Assembly (NCBI GenBank): GCA_045599245.1 | Contig: JAZRVP010000077.1 | Span: 17,691-81,690 of the forward strand | Direction of reading: 5' to 3' | Source: Myxococcota bacterium | GTDB taxonomy: Bacteria; Myxococcota_A; Bradymonadia; UBA4248 | DNA length: 64,000 nt | In this document: piece by piece, positions 1 through 9,031 of the stretch | How the letters are laid out: the number at the start of each line of letters is the position of its first letter | Position numbering within the stretch: the first letter of the stretch is position 1 | Program-made: the position numbers and the translations under genes | Notes under the pieces: model-generated | Told to the model about the DNA's origin: nothing | The model's database searches: none | Seen by the model: only the letters and a program-made list of their open reading frames with translations

Positions 1-193
1 TCGAAAATTTCATTCAGAACTCCGAAAAAACAAAGCTGAAGCGCAGGAAAAAGCGGTTCAGTCTTAATTGTTGCTGCGGCATATAGCACGATTGCATAAA
101 CCAAAAAATGTTTGAATAGAAAACAAGAGAATTCGTTGATCGAGAGTTGCGCAATGTATAAGATTGTGCCGTTTTGTTTGAGAAGGAGTCGCT

Positions 194-889
194 ATGAATG
201 AGAAGACGATGAACGAACAAGAAGAATCAAAAGCCATCAATCCCCTGATGATTCAGTCGTATTTTGACGGTGAATTGGACTCTGAAGAGCTCGAAGCATT
301 GTCAAAAGAGGAGATCGAGAAGACGCCGACGTATGAAGCATTGTCGGAGTTAAGACGTGTCGTGCGAGTGGACTCTGATTTGGCGATGAGTGAAATCGAT
401 GGATGTGCACTGCTTGATGCCATTAACAAAGAGATCGATTTGATCGACAAGGGCAAGACGCCATCTCAGCCAATGAGTGTATTTTCTCAGCCGAAACGTC
501 GAACATCGAAACAGTTTTTCCAGCGATGGGCACCGGCGATGATTGGTGCAGCATGTTTGTTGTTGAGCATACCCGGTCTTGTGCATTGGATTGTATCAGG
601 AAATCAGTCAACGCAGACGACGCAGCCGCAAACCGTTGTTGTGATCGACAGCAATGGTTCCGCACATTCGCAAAATCTGGTCACCTACCAGCAGCCGGAA
701 GGCAGCTCTATTCAGCAGGCTGGTGTTGGTAATAACAACAGCAACCAGCTGACTGTTGAAGAGATGGATTTTGCAATTCGTCATCTAATGAAACGTATTG
801 AAACGCTTGAAGAAGCGAATACGAGGAGCAGTGACATTGAGAGTCACAAGCTTTTTAATATTCCCGAGACGGATGACAATCAGCTGTAA
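194..889 (+). CDS. membrane-anchored anti-sigma-factor-like protein
   Basis: ATG with an AGGAG site 8 nt upstream. The N-terminal 'SYFDGELDSEELEAL' resembles the cytoplasmic N-domain of anti-sigma factors. One predicted TM segment (WAPAMIGAACLLLSIPGLVHWIV). Q/N-rich C-terminal tail. No HxxxCxxC zinc motif. Confidence 0.45.
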   Translation: MNEKTMNEQEESKAINPLMIQSYFDGELDSEELEALSKEEIEKTPTYEALSELRRVVRVDSDLAMSEIDGCALLDAINKEIDLIDKGKTPSQPMSVFSQPKRRTSKQFFQRWAPAMIGAACLLLSIPGLVHWIVSGNQSTQTTQPQTVVVIDSNGSAHSQNLVTYQQPEGSSIQQAGVGNNNSNQLTVEEMDFAIRHLMKRIETLEEANTRSSDIESHKLFNIPETDDNQL

Positions 890-917
890 TTCTCATTTCT
901 GATAGAGGTTAGTCGAT

Positions 918-1247
918 ATGGCCAATGATGGTGCCGGTGTTTATAGAAGCACATTTACGGATGGAAAACCTCAGTTTGAAATCTCGTATGCAGAGGGCAA
1001 ATTGAACGGCATAATGCGTCGTTGGGCTCAAAATGGACAGCTCATTCTTGAATGCTCTTATGCCGATGATGTGAAAGAAGGTCGGTGCAAGCGGTGGCAT
1101 GAAAACGGGATTTTGAGCGAAGATTCGTTTTATATTGACGACAAGCTAGAAGGTGAGTTTGTTCAATATGACAAGAAAGGCGTCGTGATTCTTCGAGCCA
1201 AATTCCGCGATGGACAGATGGTCAAAGATTCAGCCAGAATCCAATAA
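918..1247 (+). CDS. MORN-repeat protein (YwqK-family antitoxin-like)
   Basis: 109 aa with repeated 'G-x-x-x-x-Y-x-N-G-Q-L/ENGIL/KKGVV' MORN-variant motifs. Tight spacing (28 nt) after the anti-sigma-like gene. Followed by a terminator. Confidence 0.6.
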   Translation: MANDGAGVYRSTFTDGKPQFEISYAEGKLNGIMRRWAQNGQLILECSYADDVKEGRCKRWHENGILSEDSFYIDDKLEGEFVQYDKKGVVILRAKFRDGQMVKDSARIQ

Positions 1248-1251
1248 AATG

Positions 1252-1288
1252 AACAAAGCCGGCAGATGCCGGCTTTGTTCATTTTGGC
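1252..1288. terminator. bidirectional rho-independent terminator
   Basis: aaagccggcagatgccggcttt hairpin flanked by an A-run and a T-run, between convergent genes. Confidence 0.7.
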
Positions 1289-1307
1289 TGAAACACGTTT
1301 GATTTGA

Positions 1308-3983
1308 TTAGCCGAAGCTGTCGCATTCCTCAACGGGTCTGCATTGAAAATCATCGGGATCGCCATCAGAGGACGGGCAGAATGCATAGTCGAGCAGTGG
1401 GCATTGGCAATACCAGTTATCCATTTCGTCAGAATACCTGCATTCGCCTTTTCCATTTTTGGTTGTAGAGCGAGTACAATCCATCCAGCGGTTGACATCT
1501 GGTGAGAAATAACAAGATTTATCGGCTGCAGACCTTGGGATACAGACGTCGTTGTAGCAAATGCCATCGATAAGCTGGTGGTCAGAACATGTTTCACCTG
1601 GATTTCCGAAACAGGGAACGACGTCGTAGTATTCGATGACATTATCGGGGGAAAGAAGTGCCGTATAGCCATCGCGAAGAACGCATTGGGCCGAATAGTC
1701 GGGCGCACCTTTGGACATGCACTGCTGGATGCATGAATCCTTTGCAATACATCTGTCCATACATTGTTGTTTAATGACTTCAGGAGCGACAGGGTTATCA
1801 GGCTCGCCCGGTGTGTCAGGCTCGCCCGGTGTGTCGGGAACAACCGGTGTGTCAGGCTCGACCGGTGTGTCGGTGGCTGTTGCCGGTTCTGGTTCACAAT
1901 CCTTAGTGCAGTAATCGGTGTCGCACTGAGCCATGCATTTGTTCAGAAGGCATGATTTATATTTAGAAAAATAAACGGCTTCGCCTTCGATATCGCGACT
2001 GATTAAATCCCAGAAAAGCATGTCGGCTTCGGAAAGAATTTCATCGGGGATAGTGTCGTTGTCTTCGTCGATGATGTCTTGTGCTTCAGAGGGCCGATTG
2101 TTTTCAATGCATTGCGGGGAGGTCGGCGTAGCTATGGTTTCGCATGTGTAGTATAGTTCATTGCAATACGATTCTGTATCGTTGCATTGTTCGGTCGTGT
2201 TAGGGATGCAATACGATTCAAGGCCAGTGTTGAGGATGTGATAACTCGTTTTTGAACTGTTTTTACAAGCAGTTACTCGGCAGAATTGATTTTCGCATGT
2301 TCCGTTAAGCCAATGAGGATCGCGTTCTTTGCAGTTTGTGAAATCTCCGCCGCATGAGGCCGGATGGTTGGTTGCCTGACACAAACCGAGGGCATGATTG
2401 AGGGAGAAAGGCCCGGTTTGCTGAGGGCATGATGTTTTGACGCACTGTCCTTCGGGATTACACTGAAAAATGGGGCTAATATATTGAATTCCATCAGGAT
2501 TATTAATGAGTTCTGGCGGAATTTCTTCCGTAAGCTGAGTGCAGTTGATGACTTCACCGCCAATGGTATCCGCGCAGGCCGTGTCGGAATTTGGAACACA
2601 GGTTTTATTATCCAAATGAAATCCTGGTCTGCATTGTGAGATTATGCATTGATTATTTTTGCAAAGAGCGGAAACACCGTGGAATTTGTCGTAGCAGTTG
2701 ATGCATGAAGGACCGCATGCGGAAGGTGAATAATCGATACAGGAGCCATCACTGGCTGGACACTGAGATGATTCGGAACAAAGATTGTCGATGCATTCGC
2801 CATTTTGACAGATTTGAGGCGGGGTGCATCGATTAGGAATTTCTGAAGCGGTGGTTTCGTCAATTTGATTTGGGCCGCAATGGTCAGGGTCATTGGATGA
2901 AGTGTCCGGCAGGCAGAAGAGTGTTCCTGAACTGACTTCCGTGAAACCTTCACTGCATTTGTAGGCACATTGTCCATTGTTGCAGCTCATGAGGACACCC
3001 TGTCTTTGGGGAAGAATACACGAATGACCGCATTGACCGCAGTTGAGAAGGTCAGAAGAAAGATCGGTGCAGATTGGGGAATCATCTTTGAGGCAGGTGG
3101 CGAAGGTGTTGAGAGAGGGATCGATCTTGGTCAAACTGTTCTGGCAGTGTGAAATACAATGACCGTTATAGCATGAGCTGTTTTCTTCACAGATTTCACC
3201 GGCATAATTTTCATCATTGGGATCATTGCTGTTGCAGGCGCCGGATGCACCGCAGAAATTTGGGTCTGAGAGAGGAAAAATGCAGGAACCGTTGCAATTG
3301 ATCATATCTTCAGCGCAGAGACATTCGCCATCGTCGCAGATTTCATGTTTCCTGCATTTATCCCCCTGGTAGTTTTTTCCCGGATTTTTATCGGAACATG
3401 ATCCGGCTGCGCCGCAATGTGTGAGAGATGTTTCGGGATTGATACATTTTCCCTCACATTCAATCCAGTCTTCCGGGCAAGGTTGACTGCATCCAAAGAT
3501 GAAGTATTCGGAATCGTCAGGATTTGTTTGGAATGTACACAGAGGGAAAGATTTGGGACAAAGTCCGTTGCTTTGGGCGGTTTCTGAAATGCGATCAAGG
3601 GGCTGTTCTGTCAATTTGTTATTGGCATCGGGATCGGCATCTCCGATAAACTGAATTTCAGGCGGGAAAGGAAGATTGCCTGTAAAGAGATCGGGCATAG
3701 AACGGTAAATTTGACAAAACTGCAGGTCGGAACGCCATTGAGCGGAAAGATTTTCAGCATCATTCACTTCATGGATATCGTCATCGAGTTTGCAGTCAAA
3801 TGACTCGAGTTTGATGATGTACTGATCCTCGTTTTCAGTATCTGGAATACGTTTACCAGGGGGACATGGGATGGTACCGTTGTCGGTTACAAAATTGTCG
3901 TCAAAAAACGAATCCTGTGAACATGCATTTGCCAAAGAAGTGAAGCTGATAATGAGAGCATAGATAACTAATGAACGTTTCAT
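1308..3983 (-). CDS. secreted cysteine-rich multi-repeat protein (EGF-like Cys modules, DTPGEP linker)
   Basis: Start re-assigned to MKRSLVIYALIISFTSLANA|C, an SPI-type signal peptide. The track start at 4061 adds an unlikely 26 aa. More than 90 Cys in repeated CxxGxC / CxNGxC modules. A (D-T-P-G/V-E-P)n linker. No catalytic motif recognised. Confidence 0.8.
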   Translation of the reverse strand: MKRSLVIYALIISFTSLANACSQDSFFDDNFVTDNGTIPCPPGKRIPDTENEDQYIIKLESFDCKLDDDIHEVNDAENLSAQWRSDLQFCQIYRSMPDLFTGNLPFPPEIQFIGDADPDANNKLTEQPLDRISETAQSNGLCPKSFPLCTFQTNPDDSEYFIFGCSQPCPEDWIECEGKCINPETSLTHCGAAGSCSDKNPGKNYQGDKCRKHEICDDGECLCAEDMINCNGSCIFPLSDPNFCGASGACNSNDPNDENYAGEICEENSSCYNGHCISHCQNSLTKIDPSLNTFATCLKDDSPICTDLSSDLLNCGQCGHSCILPQRQGVLMSCNNGQCAYKCSEGFTEVSSGTLFCLPDTSSNDPDHCGPNQIDETTASEIPNRCTPPQICQNGECIDNLCSESSQCPASDGSCIDYSPSACGPSCINCYDKFHGVSALCKNNQCIISQCRPGFHLDNKTCVPNSDTACADTIGGEVINCTQLTEEIPPELINNPDGIQYISPIFQCNPEGQCVKTSCPQQTGPFSLNHALGLCQATNHPASCGGDFTNCKERDPHWLNGTCENQFCRVTACKNSSKTSYHILNTGLESYCIPNTTEQCNDTESYCNELYYTCETIATPTSPQCIENNRPSEAQDIIDEDNDTIPDEILSEADMLFWDLISRDIEGEAVYFSKYKSCLLNKCMAQCDTDYCTKDCEPEPATATDTPVEPDTPVVPDTPGEPDTPGEPDNPVAPEVIKQQCMDRCIAKDSCIQQCMSKGAPDYSAQCVLRDGYTALLSPDNVIEYYDVVPCFGNPGETCSDHQLIDGICYNDVCIPRSAADKSCYFSPDVNRWMDCTRSTTKNGKGECRYSDEMDNWYCQCPLLDYAFCPSSDGDPDDFQCRPVEECDSFG
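1795..1880. repeat. in-frame tandem repeat (about 15-18 nt unit, encodes DTPGEP/DTPVVP) inside CDS 1308-3983
   Basis: ggctcgcccggtgtgtca-type units repeated about 5 times on the plus strand. Confidence 0.7.
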
Positions 3984-4261
3984 TTCAAAGTCAGATTGAG
4001 ATGCGTTAAATATGTGCAATTGTATGCACCAGACGAAATATAATATACCACACACACACATATTACGACAATAAGCCGAAGCACTATCTGTTTGATCTGC
4101 TTTGAGAATTGAAGTGTCGAATAACGTGAACAGGTAAAACTATCAAGGAATAGTGAAAATTGGGGGATATTCTGAATAAAAAGGATTTTAAGACAGTGAA
4201 TGATGAAAGCTGTGAGGGACGGCGGGTGATGCTGAGATCCGAGGGGACCCTGCGAGATTAA

Positions 4262-4352
4262 TGATCAGGCAGCCCCAAATGCTTATACTACCTAAAATAT
4301 TGAGGATTCTTAAGGGCTCAGCCCTTAGCGGGGTCCGGGGCAGAGACCCGGA
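4262..4352. repeat. conserved intergenic element, copy A (motif 2 with a partial motif 1)
   Basis: ggcagccccaaatgcttatactacctaaaatattgaggattcttaagggctcagcccttagcggggtccggggcagagaccc. This is near-identical to 51737-51860. It contains the perfect palindrome cttaagggctcagcccttaag. It lies about 280 nt upstream of the start of the Cys-rich gene. Confidence 0.6.
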
Positions 4353-4985
4353 AAAAACAAGAAATAACTTTGTTCAGACATTCCTTAACAAAAATCGACA
4401 TGCGATCTGTAACAAATGAATCTCGATGGCATCATATATAGTGCAGGGCAATCGGGCACTGCATTGCAGGAGGAATGTTGTCGATCAGAGTACAGGTGAT
4501 TGCAGGTGACCGAGTTCCCAGCTGTTTGGAGTTATGTTTTCATTCTCTCAAATGAATCCATGAAACAACAAATGAGCGTGGATGTAGGAACCGCCCCCAT
4601 AACGTAACGAAACCAACTTGAATGTCTTGACGAAGCACATTGAGTATGGCCCGTTTACGGCACCAGGCGCATTGAGAGTACGCGTTTCCGGTCAGGTGAC
4701 ATTTTCATGAATGAGAAAGCCGCCGCCGGAGGGGTGTATTTTGTGCGCGAAGCGCGCCGGAAAACGGGCTGGCGGCGGTGGCGGGAATGGAGGGCCCTGA
4801 TGTTCACAACGAAGTGTAACCTATTGATTTTGTTTGATAAAATTGATTTTATATGGTCGGTTCAATGAACTGGCCTGGCGGTGGATCCAGACATCGATAG
4901 ATTTGGATCGCCGGCAGTCAATTTCTTCAACCTGCTATCCTCAACAGATGCAGAAGGTGTAGCGGATTTGGTCTATGAAAACAGT

Positions 4986-5861
4986 TTATTGATATTTTCT
5001 GATTCGTAGATCGATTTTTGTATTTAAAAATGCCTTATTGACTTCAAACATGGAGGTTTCACTGTAGTGATATGGGAACAGGACTTTGGGATTGACCATA
5101 GTGGCTGCATGAAGGAGCTGAACCGGGGCCATTGTGTAAGGGAGATTGCATGACATAAAGGCGATATCGATATTTTTGAAATTGGCCATTTCGGGGATGT
5201 CTTCCGTGTCACCTGAAATATAGATTCTTAAACCATCGATGGTCAGGATAAAGCCATTGTCACGGCCTTTTGGATGGAAATTTTCGTGACCTATTGTTGA
5301 ATTATAGGCAGGAACAGCTTCAATTTGAATGTCATTACGGAGCGTTTTGGTGTCGCCGTTGTGCATGATTTCGCCTTTTTTGAGTTTGGCGGCACAATTT
5401 TCATTTGTAATGATTGTTGTATCGGGCTTTTCGAGATAGTTGATTGCGGTTTCGTCGAGGTGATCGAAATGTTCATGCGTAATCAGGATGTAATCGGCTT
5501 TTGGATATTTTGAATAGTCGGTTTCCTTGTCGTTTAGTTTGGAAACCGGATCGACCTGGAATTCGATGCCGTCGTATTCGAACCAGATGCTACCGTGAAT
5601 GATGGCATGAAAGGTGATTTCTTTTCCGGATTTGGTGAGAAAGTGATCGGTTTCATTGCCAAATTGATCGATTGTCATTTCGAGAGTCTGAGCCATTTGA
5701 ACATCTCCATTGGTTGCAGGTTCCTGCTTTTGCTGTTCCTGGTTGGAAAGAGTTGGTGGAATGGGAGTTTCGTGTTGTGACTGCGGTTCAGGTGTGACAG
5801 GCCGTGAGCAGCCGACGAAAATCAGGAGAAGCAAAGAAAAAGAGATAGGGTTTAGTTTCAT
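4986..5861 (-). CDS. MBL-fold metallo-hydrolase, probable lipoprotein
   Basis: Signal peptide with LIFVGC lipobox-like end. HEHFDHLD (HxHxDH) metallo-beta-lactamase motif. 291 aa. Confidence 0.8.
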   Translation of the reverse strand: MKLNPISFSLLLLIFVGCSRPVTPEPQSQHETPIPPTLSNQEQQKQEPATNGDVQMAQTLEMTIDQFGNETDHFLTKSGKEITFHAIIHGSIWFEYDGIEFQVDPVSKLNDKETDYSKYPKADYILITHEHFDHLDETAINYLEKPDTTIITNENCAAKLKKGEIMHNGDTKTLRNDIQIEAVPAYNSTIGHENFHPKGRDNGFILTIDGLRIYISGDTEDIPEMANFKNIDIAFMSCNLPYTMAPVQLLHAATMVNPKVLFPYHYSETSMFEVNKAFLNTKIDLRIRKYQ

Positions 5862-5984
5862 GTTTTTTCAATAGAAGAGAGAGGGGGATGGAGCATAAAG
5901 ACGGGATTAAGCATCGGCCTGAAATTTTACAATTATTCATGATGGTTGGCAATTGTCTAAGGGGGGCCGGGCGTGTATGCGCGC

Positions 5985-6085
5985 AGGTCCGCGAAGCGGC
6001 CGAGCACATAGCGGCCGGCAGGAGGCCGTATGCGTGAGCATAGGCCGGCAGCGAAGGCGTATTGCCGAAGGCAATAGCTGAAGCC
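5985..6085. repeat. REP-like hairpin array (GCGTATTGCC-gaa-GGCAATAGC family)
   Basis: ggccgtatgcgtgagcataggccgg and ggcgtattgccgaaggcaatagc units in the divergent intergenic region. Confidence 0.6.
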
Positions 6086-6302
6086 ATCCCAATAAATATT
6101 GATTCATTGGAACGATACAAACTTGATGATTTTGTTTGAGGCATTGTCAAAGCGCATGTTTCATTGGCTGATAAAGATTGGGACTATGAAAAAATAACCA
6201 ATAAACAGCGTGCATGGATTGTGAGGGGAGTGTAAAGATGGGCATTTGCTGCGCAAACCAGTTGAGGTTGCGGCATTTTAAATGGAATTTAGCAGGTGAA
6301 GG

Positions 6303-7502
6303 ATGACAAGAACGTATTTTGAGCATAGTCGAACGCCGTCTCTTGAGGATCTCGAGGCGAATGCATGTCATGAGGCGTGGGAAAAATATTGCGAGTGCGG
6401 GGGGGAGAGGTTTGATCTGAGCGGGAGCAATCCGACGCGAGTGAATTTTCCGATGATAGAACCGGATACAAGAGCGTTGGATAGTGCGGTGTCGGCGCGA
6501 TATGAGGCGTCAGCGCAGGGGCTGTTGATGGCGCGTCAGGCTGTGTCGGATTACTACGGCGGCCGGGTTCCGGTGGACCGGATACAGCTTTTTGCGTCGA
6601 CGAGCGAGGCGGTTGGGGCATTGGTCAAATTATTCTGCCAGCCTGGGGATGAGGTTGTGACGTGCATTCCGACGTATCCGCTTTTAGACTGTCTTTGTTC
6701 TCTGGAGTGTGTGAGGCTGGTTGAAGTGCCGCTCCAGGATTGTGCGGGGCAGTGGGCGGTTGATTTCTGGGCACTTGAACGGGTGTGCTGTGAACGGACG
6801 CGAATGCTGATTGTTGTGAGTCCGAACAATCCGACGGGGCATTGCATTCCTCGGGATGAAATGCGTCAAATCGTTGAATTTTGTGCGGCGCGTTCGATAG
6901 TGGTTGTCGTTGACGAGGTATTTGCAAGCTATCGTCTGGATGACAATCCGGAATTGACAAGTGAGCCTGCTGCTGCGGATTATGACAAGGGACTGATGAT
7001 AAGCCTGAGTGGATTGTCGAAAGTGTGCGGACAGCCGCAGCACAAGCTTGGATGGGGCGTGTTTGGGGGAGATTCAGCCCTGGTTGAGGAAGCCATGCAG
7101 CGGATCAGTTTTATTACGGATTCGACGTTGAGTGTTTCGGGATGGATTCAGCGGATGGCTCCGTCTTTTATTGCATCGAGAGCGGTGTTTCACGATGCGT
7201 GTTGTGCGCGCCTGCGAGAGAATCTTTCGTATTTGGAGCGGTATGCAAAGCGTGATGACGTCCAGTGGACGGTGGATCGAGTCGAGGGCGGATGGAGCGT
7301 GTGCGTGCGATTGCCCGGATGGGCGGACGATGAAGAGGCCGCTGTGATGTTGGCTCAAGGTGGCGTCAGGGTTTTTCCCGGGTTATTTTTTGGATATCGA
7401 GCGAATCAGCCGACACTTGTGTTGAGTCTCATCACGGAGCCGGAGATTTTTGCGCGCGGTGTCGAAGAAATGGGGAAGTTATTAAAGGCTTTTTTGAGTT
7501 AA
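6303..7502 (+). CDS. PLP-dependent aminotransferase, class I/II fold
   Basis: 399 aa. 'VVSPNNPTG', 'VVVDEVFASY' and 'SLSGLSKVCGQPQHKLGWG' (the PLP-Lys region) are typical of fold-type I aminotransferases. GAAGGA RBS. Confidence 0.8.
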   Translation: MTRTYFEHSRTPSLEDLEANACHEAWEKYCECGGERFDLSGSNPTRVNFPMIEPDTRALDSAVSARYEASAQGLLMARQAVSDYYGGRVPVDRIQLFASTSEAVGALVKLFCQPGDEVVTCIPTYPLLDCLCSLECVRLVEVPLQDCAGQWAVDFWALERVCCERTRMLIVVSPNNPTGHCIPRDEMRQIVEFCAARSIVVVVDEVFASYRLDDNPELTSEPAAADYDKGLMISLSGLSKVCGQPQHKLGWGVFGGDSALVEEAMQRISFITDSTLSVSGWIQRMAPSFIASRAVFHDACCARLRENLSYLERYAKRDDVQWTVDRVEGGWSVCVRLPGWADDEEAAVMLAQGGVRVFPGLFFGYRANQPTLVLSLITEPEIFARGVEEMGKLLKAFLS

Positions 7503-7884
7503 AGAGGAATGCGACCTCGGAACGGCCTTGAATACGGGTGAATACGGCGGTTGTGACTCCGAATGCAAGCGTATGCCGTACTGCGGTGATGGCATCGTGA
7601 CGGATCCCGAAGTCTGTGATGATGGCGTCAATGACGGCAGCTATGGCGGATGTGCGAAGAGCTGCATGAGTCTCGGCGGATACTGCGGCGACGAAAAAGT
7701 CCAGAAAGAGGCTGGAGAGGAGTGCGATTATGGCACCGGAAACAACGACGAAACGTATGGCGGATGCACGACATCCTGCAAATTCGGACCGTTCTGTGGT
7801 GACGGCATCGTCAACGGCAGTGAAGAATGCGATTACAAGAGTTCTGAAGCGTGTTCCCAAACCTGCCGAACCCTCGTCAATTAA
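7498..7884 (+). pseudogene. orphan fragment of a DUF4215 (Myxococcus-type Cys-rich repeat) protein, probable gene remnant
   Basis: The frame opens at a stop codon inside the aminotransferase stop region and begins mid-repeat (..EECDLG..). TTG is the only candidate start. No signal peptide. Three CGDGIV..(E)CDDG../YGGC..SC repeats. Confidence 0.45.
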
Positions 7885-7989
7885 TCCCAATTCAGGGTCT
7901 GTGCATCCCTCTCGGATGCACTCGCTGGCATATCGGCACAGGTCGATATGCCTTTTTTTTGCAATCGTTCGTCTTTAAACTGTTTGTGG

Positions 7990-8052
7990 GATGACTCTGC
8001 TAAAAAATATTGAGGATTCCAAAGTGTTTCAGGTCTTTGGTGGGGGGGGGCA
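7990..8052. repeat. conserved intergenic element, partial copy (aaaatattgaggattc plus hairpin)
   Basis: ctaaaaaatattgaggattccaaagtgtttcaggtctttggtgggggggg. It shares the AAAATATTGAGGATTC core with 4262-4352 and 51737-51860 but carries a different hairpin (ccaaag..ctttgg). It lies between convergent genes. Confidence 0.45.
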
Positions 8053-8084
8053 AAGCTTCAGCTGAGTAGTAATGTGGCATGGCT

Positions 8085-8185
8085 ATTGGCCGCCCGCCAA
8101 TACGCAATGCAGGGCGCTCCTATTGCGCTGGCGCGCAATACGGCGCTTTTTGCAGGCTATCGGCAATGCCGATACGCCTGCAATT
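8085..8185. repeat. REP-like hairpin array (3 units)
   Basis: ggctattggccgcccgccaatacgc, ctattgcgctggcgcgcaatacgg and ggctatcggcaatgccgatacgcc. Confidence 0.65.
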
Positions 8186-8188
8186 TTT

Positions 8189-9031
8189 TTACATGCCGGC
8201 GGCTTCCTCCAGCATGCTCATGATGGATTCGACGTCGAACGTGCCCTGTACTTTGCGGCCATTGAGAAAAAATGTGGGCGTCGATTCGACCTGGTTTGTC
8301 AGGCCTTCTTTTTTAGAGAAAACAACGGCGTTTCTTATGCCTGCATCCTGCATGAGAGCTGCAAATTTTTCAGTATCGAGCTGAAGGTCCTTGGCAATTG
8401 AGGCACTCAATTCCGGCGTGAAACTGTCAAAATTCTCATACAGTTTGAGCAGGAATGGCCAGGCATTATCGAGTTTTGCTGCGGCTTCTATTGCAAGGGC
8501 CGCCTGCGTGGAATTTTCATGCTGCTTGATGGGGAAAAGCCGGAGATTAATCGCAACTTTTTCTTTAAGCGGAGAGGTTTCAAGTGCCTGAATGAGCGCC
8601 GGCACATGCCTTGAGCAGTATGGACATCGTCCACAAAGATAGACTGAAAGAACGACTTTTGCGTCTTTGTTTCCCCAGAGATGATCTTTCTGAATGGCAA
8701 TTTTGGCAGGCGGTGTCACGGCAGTCATCGTCATTGCTCTCTGATCGAGGATATGACGGATTTCAGTAGAGGATTTTCCGGCCTTGGCAAGACGGCATGT
8801 TTCATCGGCAAGACGAACCGCGAGCTTGCATTCCGGAGCCTGGGAGAGACATTTTGCGATGGTGTCGTCACAGCAGTCATAGAGATAGGCTGCATTCATA
8901 ACATCTTTGGAAACGGCAGCTGATTTTTCATCAAGTGAGTTGCACAGCGGCGTTTGAGCCAGGGCCAGAGATGGCATAAGCGAAAGAAACAGGATAGGAA
9001 TGAGTTTCAGTTTCAACATATTCATCCTCAA
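8189..9031 (-). CDS. DsbA-family thiol:disulfide oxidoreductase (thioredoxin fold) with N-terminal Cys-rich domain, secreted
   Basis: Signal peptide ending SLALA|Q. CGRCPYC active-site region within a thioredoxin-like C-terminal half. The start overlaps the upstream gene's stop by 4 nt, indicating translational coupling. Confidence 0.7.
   Translation of the reverse strand: MRMNMLKLKLIPILFLSLMPSLALAQTPLCNSLDEKSAAVSKDVMNAAYLYDCCDDTIAKCLSQAPECKLAVRLADETCRLAKAGKSSTEIRHILDQRAMTMTAVTPPAKIAIQKDHLWGNKDAKVVLSVYLCGRCPYCSRHVPALIQALETSPLKEKVAINLRLFPIKQHENSTQAALAIEAAAKLDNAWPFLLKLYENFDSFTPELSASIAKDLQLDTEKFAALMQDAGIRNAVVFSKKEGLTNQVESTPTFFLNGRKVQGTFDVESIMSMLEEAAGM

Noticed and set aside
1-67. Possible 3' end of an upstream gene (ORF open from the window edge to TAA at 65-67; sigma factor?)
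   Set aside because: Only 21 codons visible and two frames are open. Function cannot be supported, so it is not reported as a feature.
14-220. 68-aa minus-strand ORF at the window start
   Set aside because: Overlaps the intergenic region and RBS of the anti-sigma-like gene. No support.
1163-1897. 244-aa minus-strand ORF overlapping a terminator and the 3' part of the Cys-rich gene
   Set aside because: It overlaps the strongly supported CDS 1308-3983 in another frame and spans a terminator hairpin. Its composition is repeat-driven.
3984-4061. Track-listed extended N-termini of several minus-strand genes (4061, 11541, 12709, 21948, 51549, 61632) and plus-strand 22407 and 28455
   Set aside because: Downstream in-frame ATGs have good SD sites and begin canonical signal or lipoprotein peptides. 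The extensions add unlikely hydrophobic or Cys-rich residues before the signal peptide.
6289-7043. Antisense ORFs of 110-119 aa within the aminotransferase gene
   Set aside because: The sense frame has clear PLP-aminotransferase motifs. The antisense products are low-complexity.
7432-7890. 152-aa minus-strand ORF
   Set aside because: Overlaps the aminotransferase 3' end and the Cys-repeat fragment. Alanine-rich antisense shadow.
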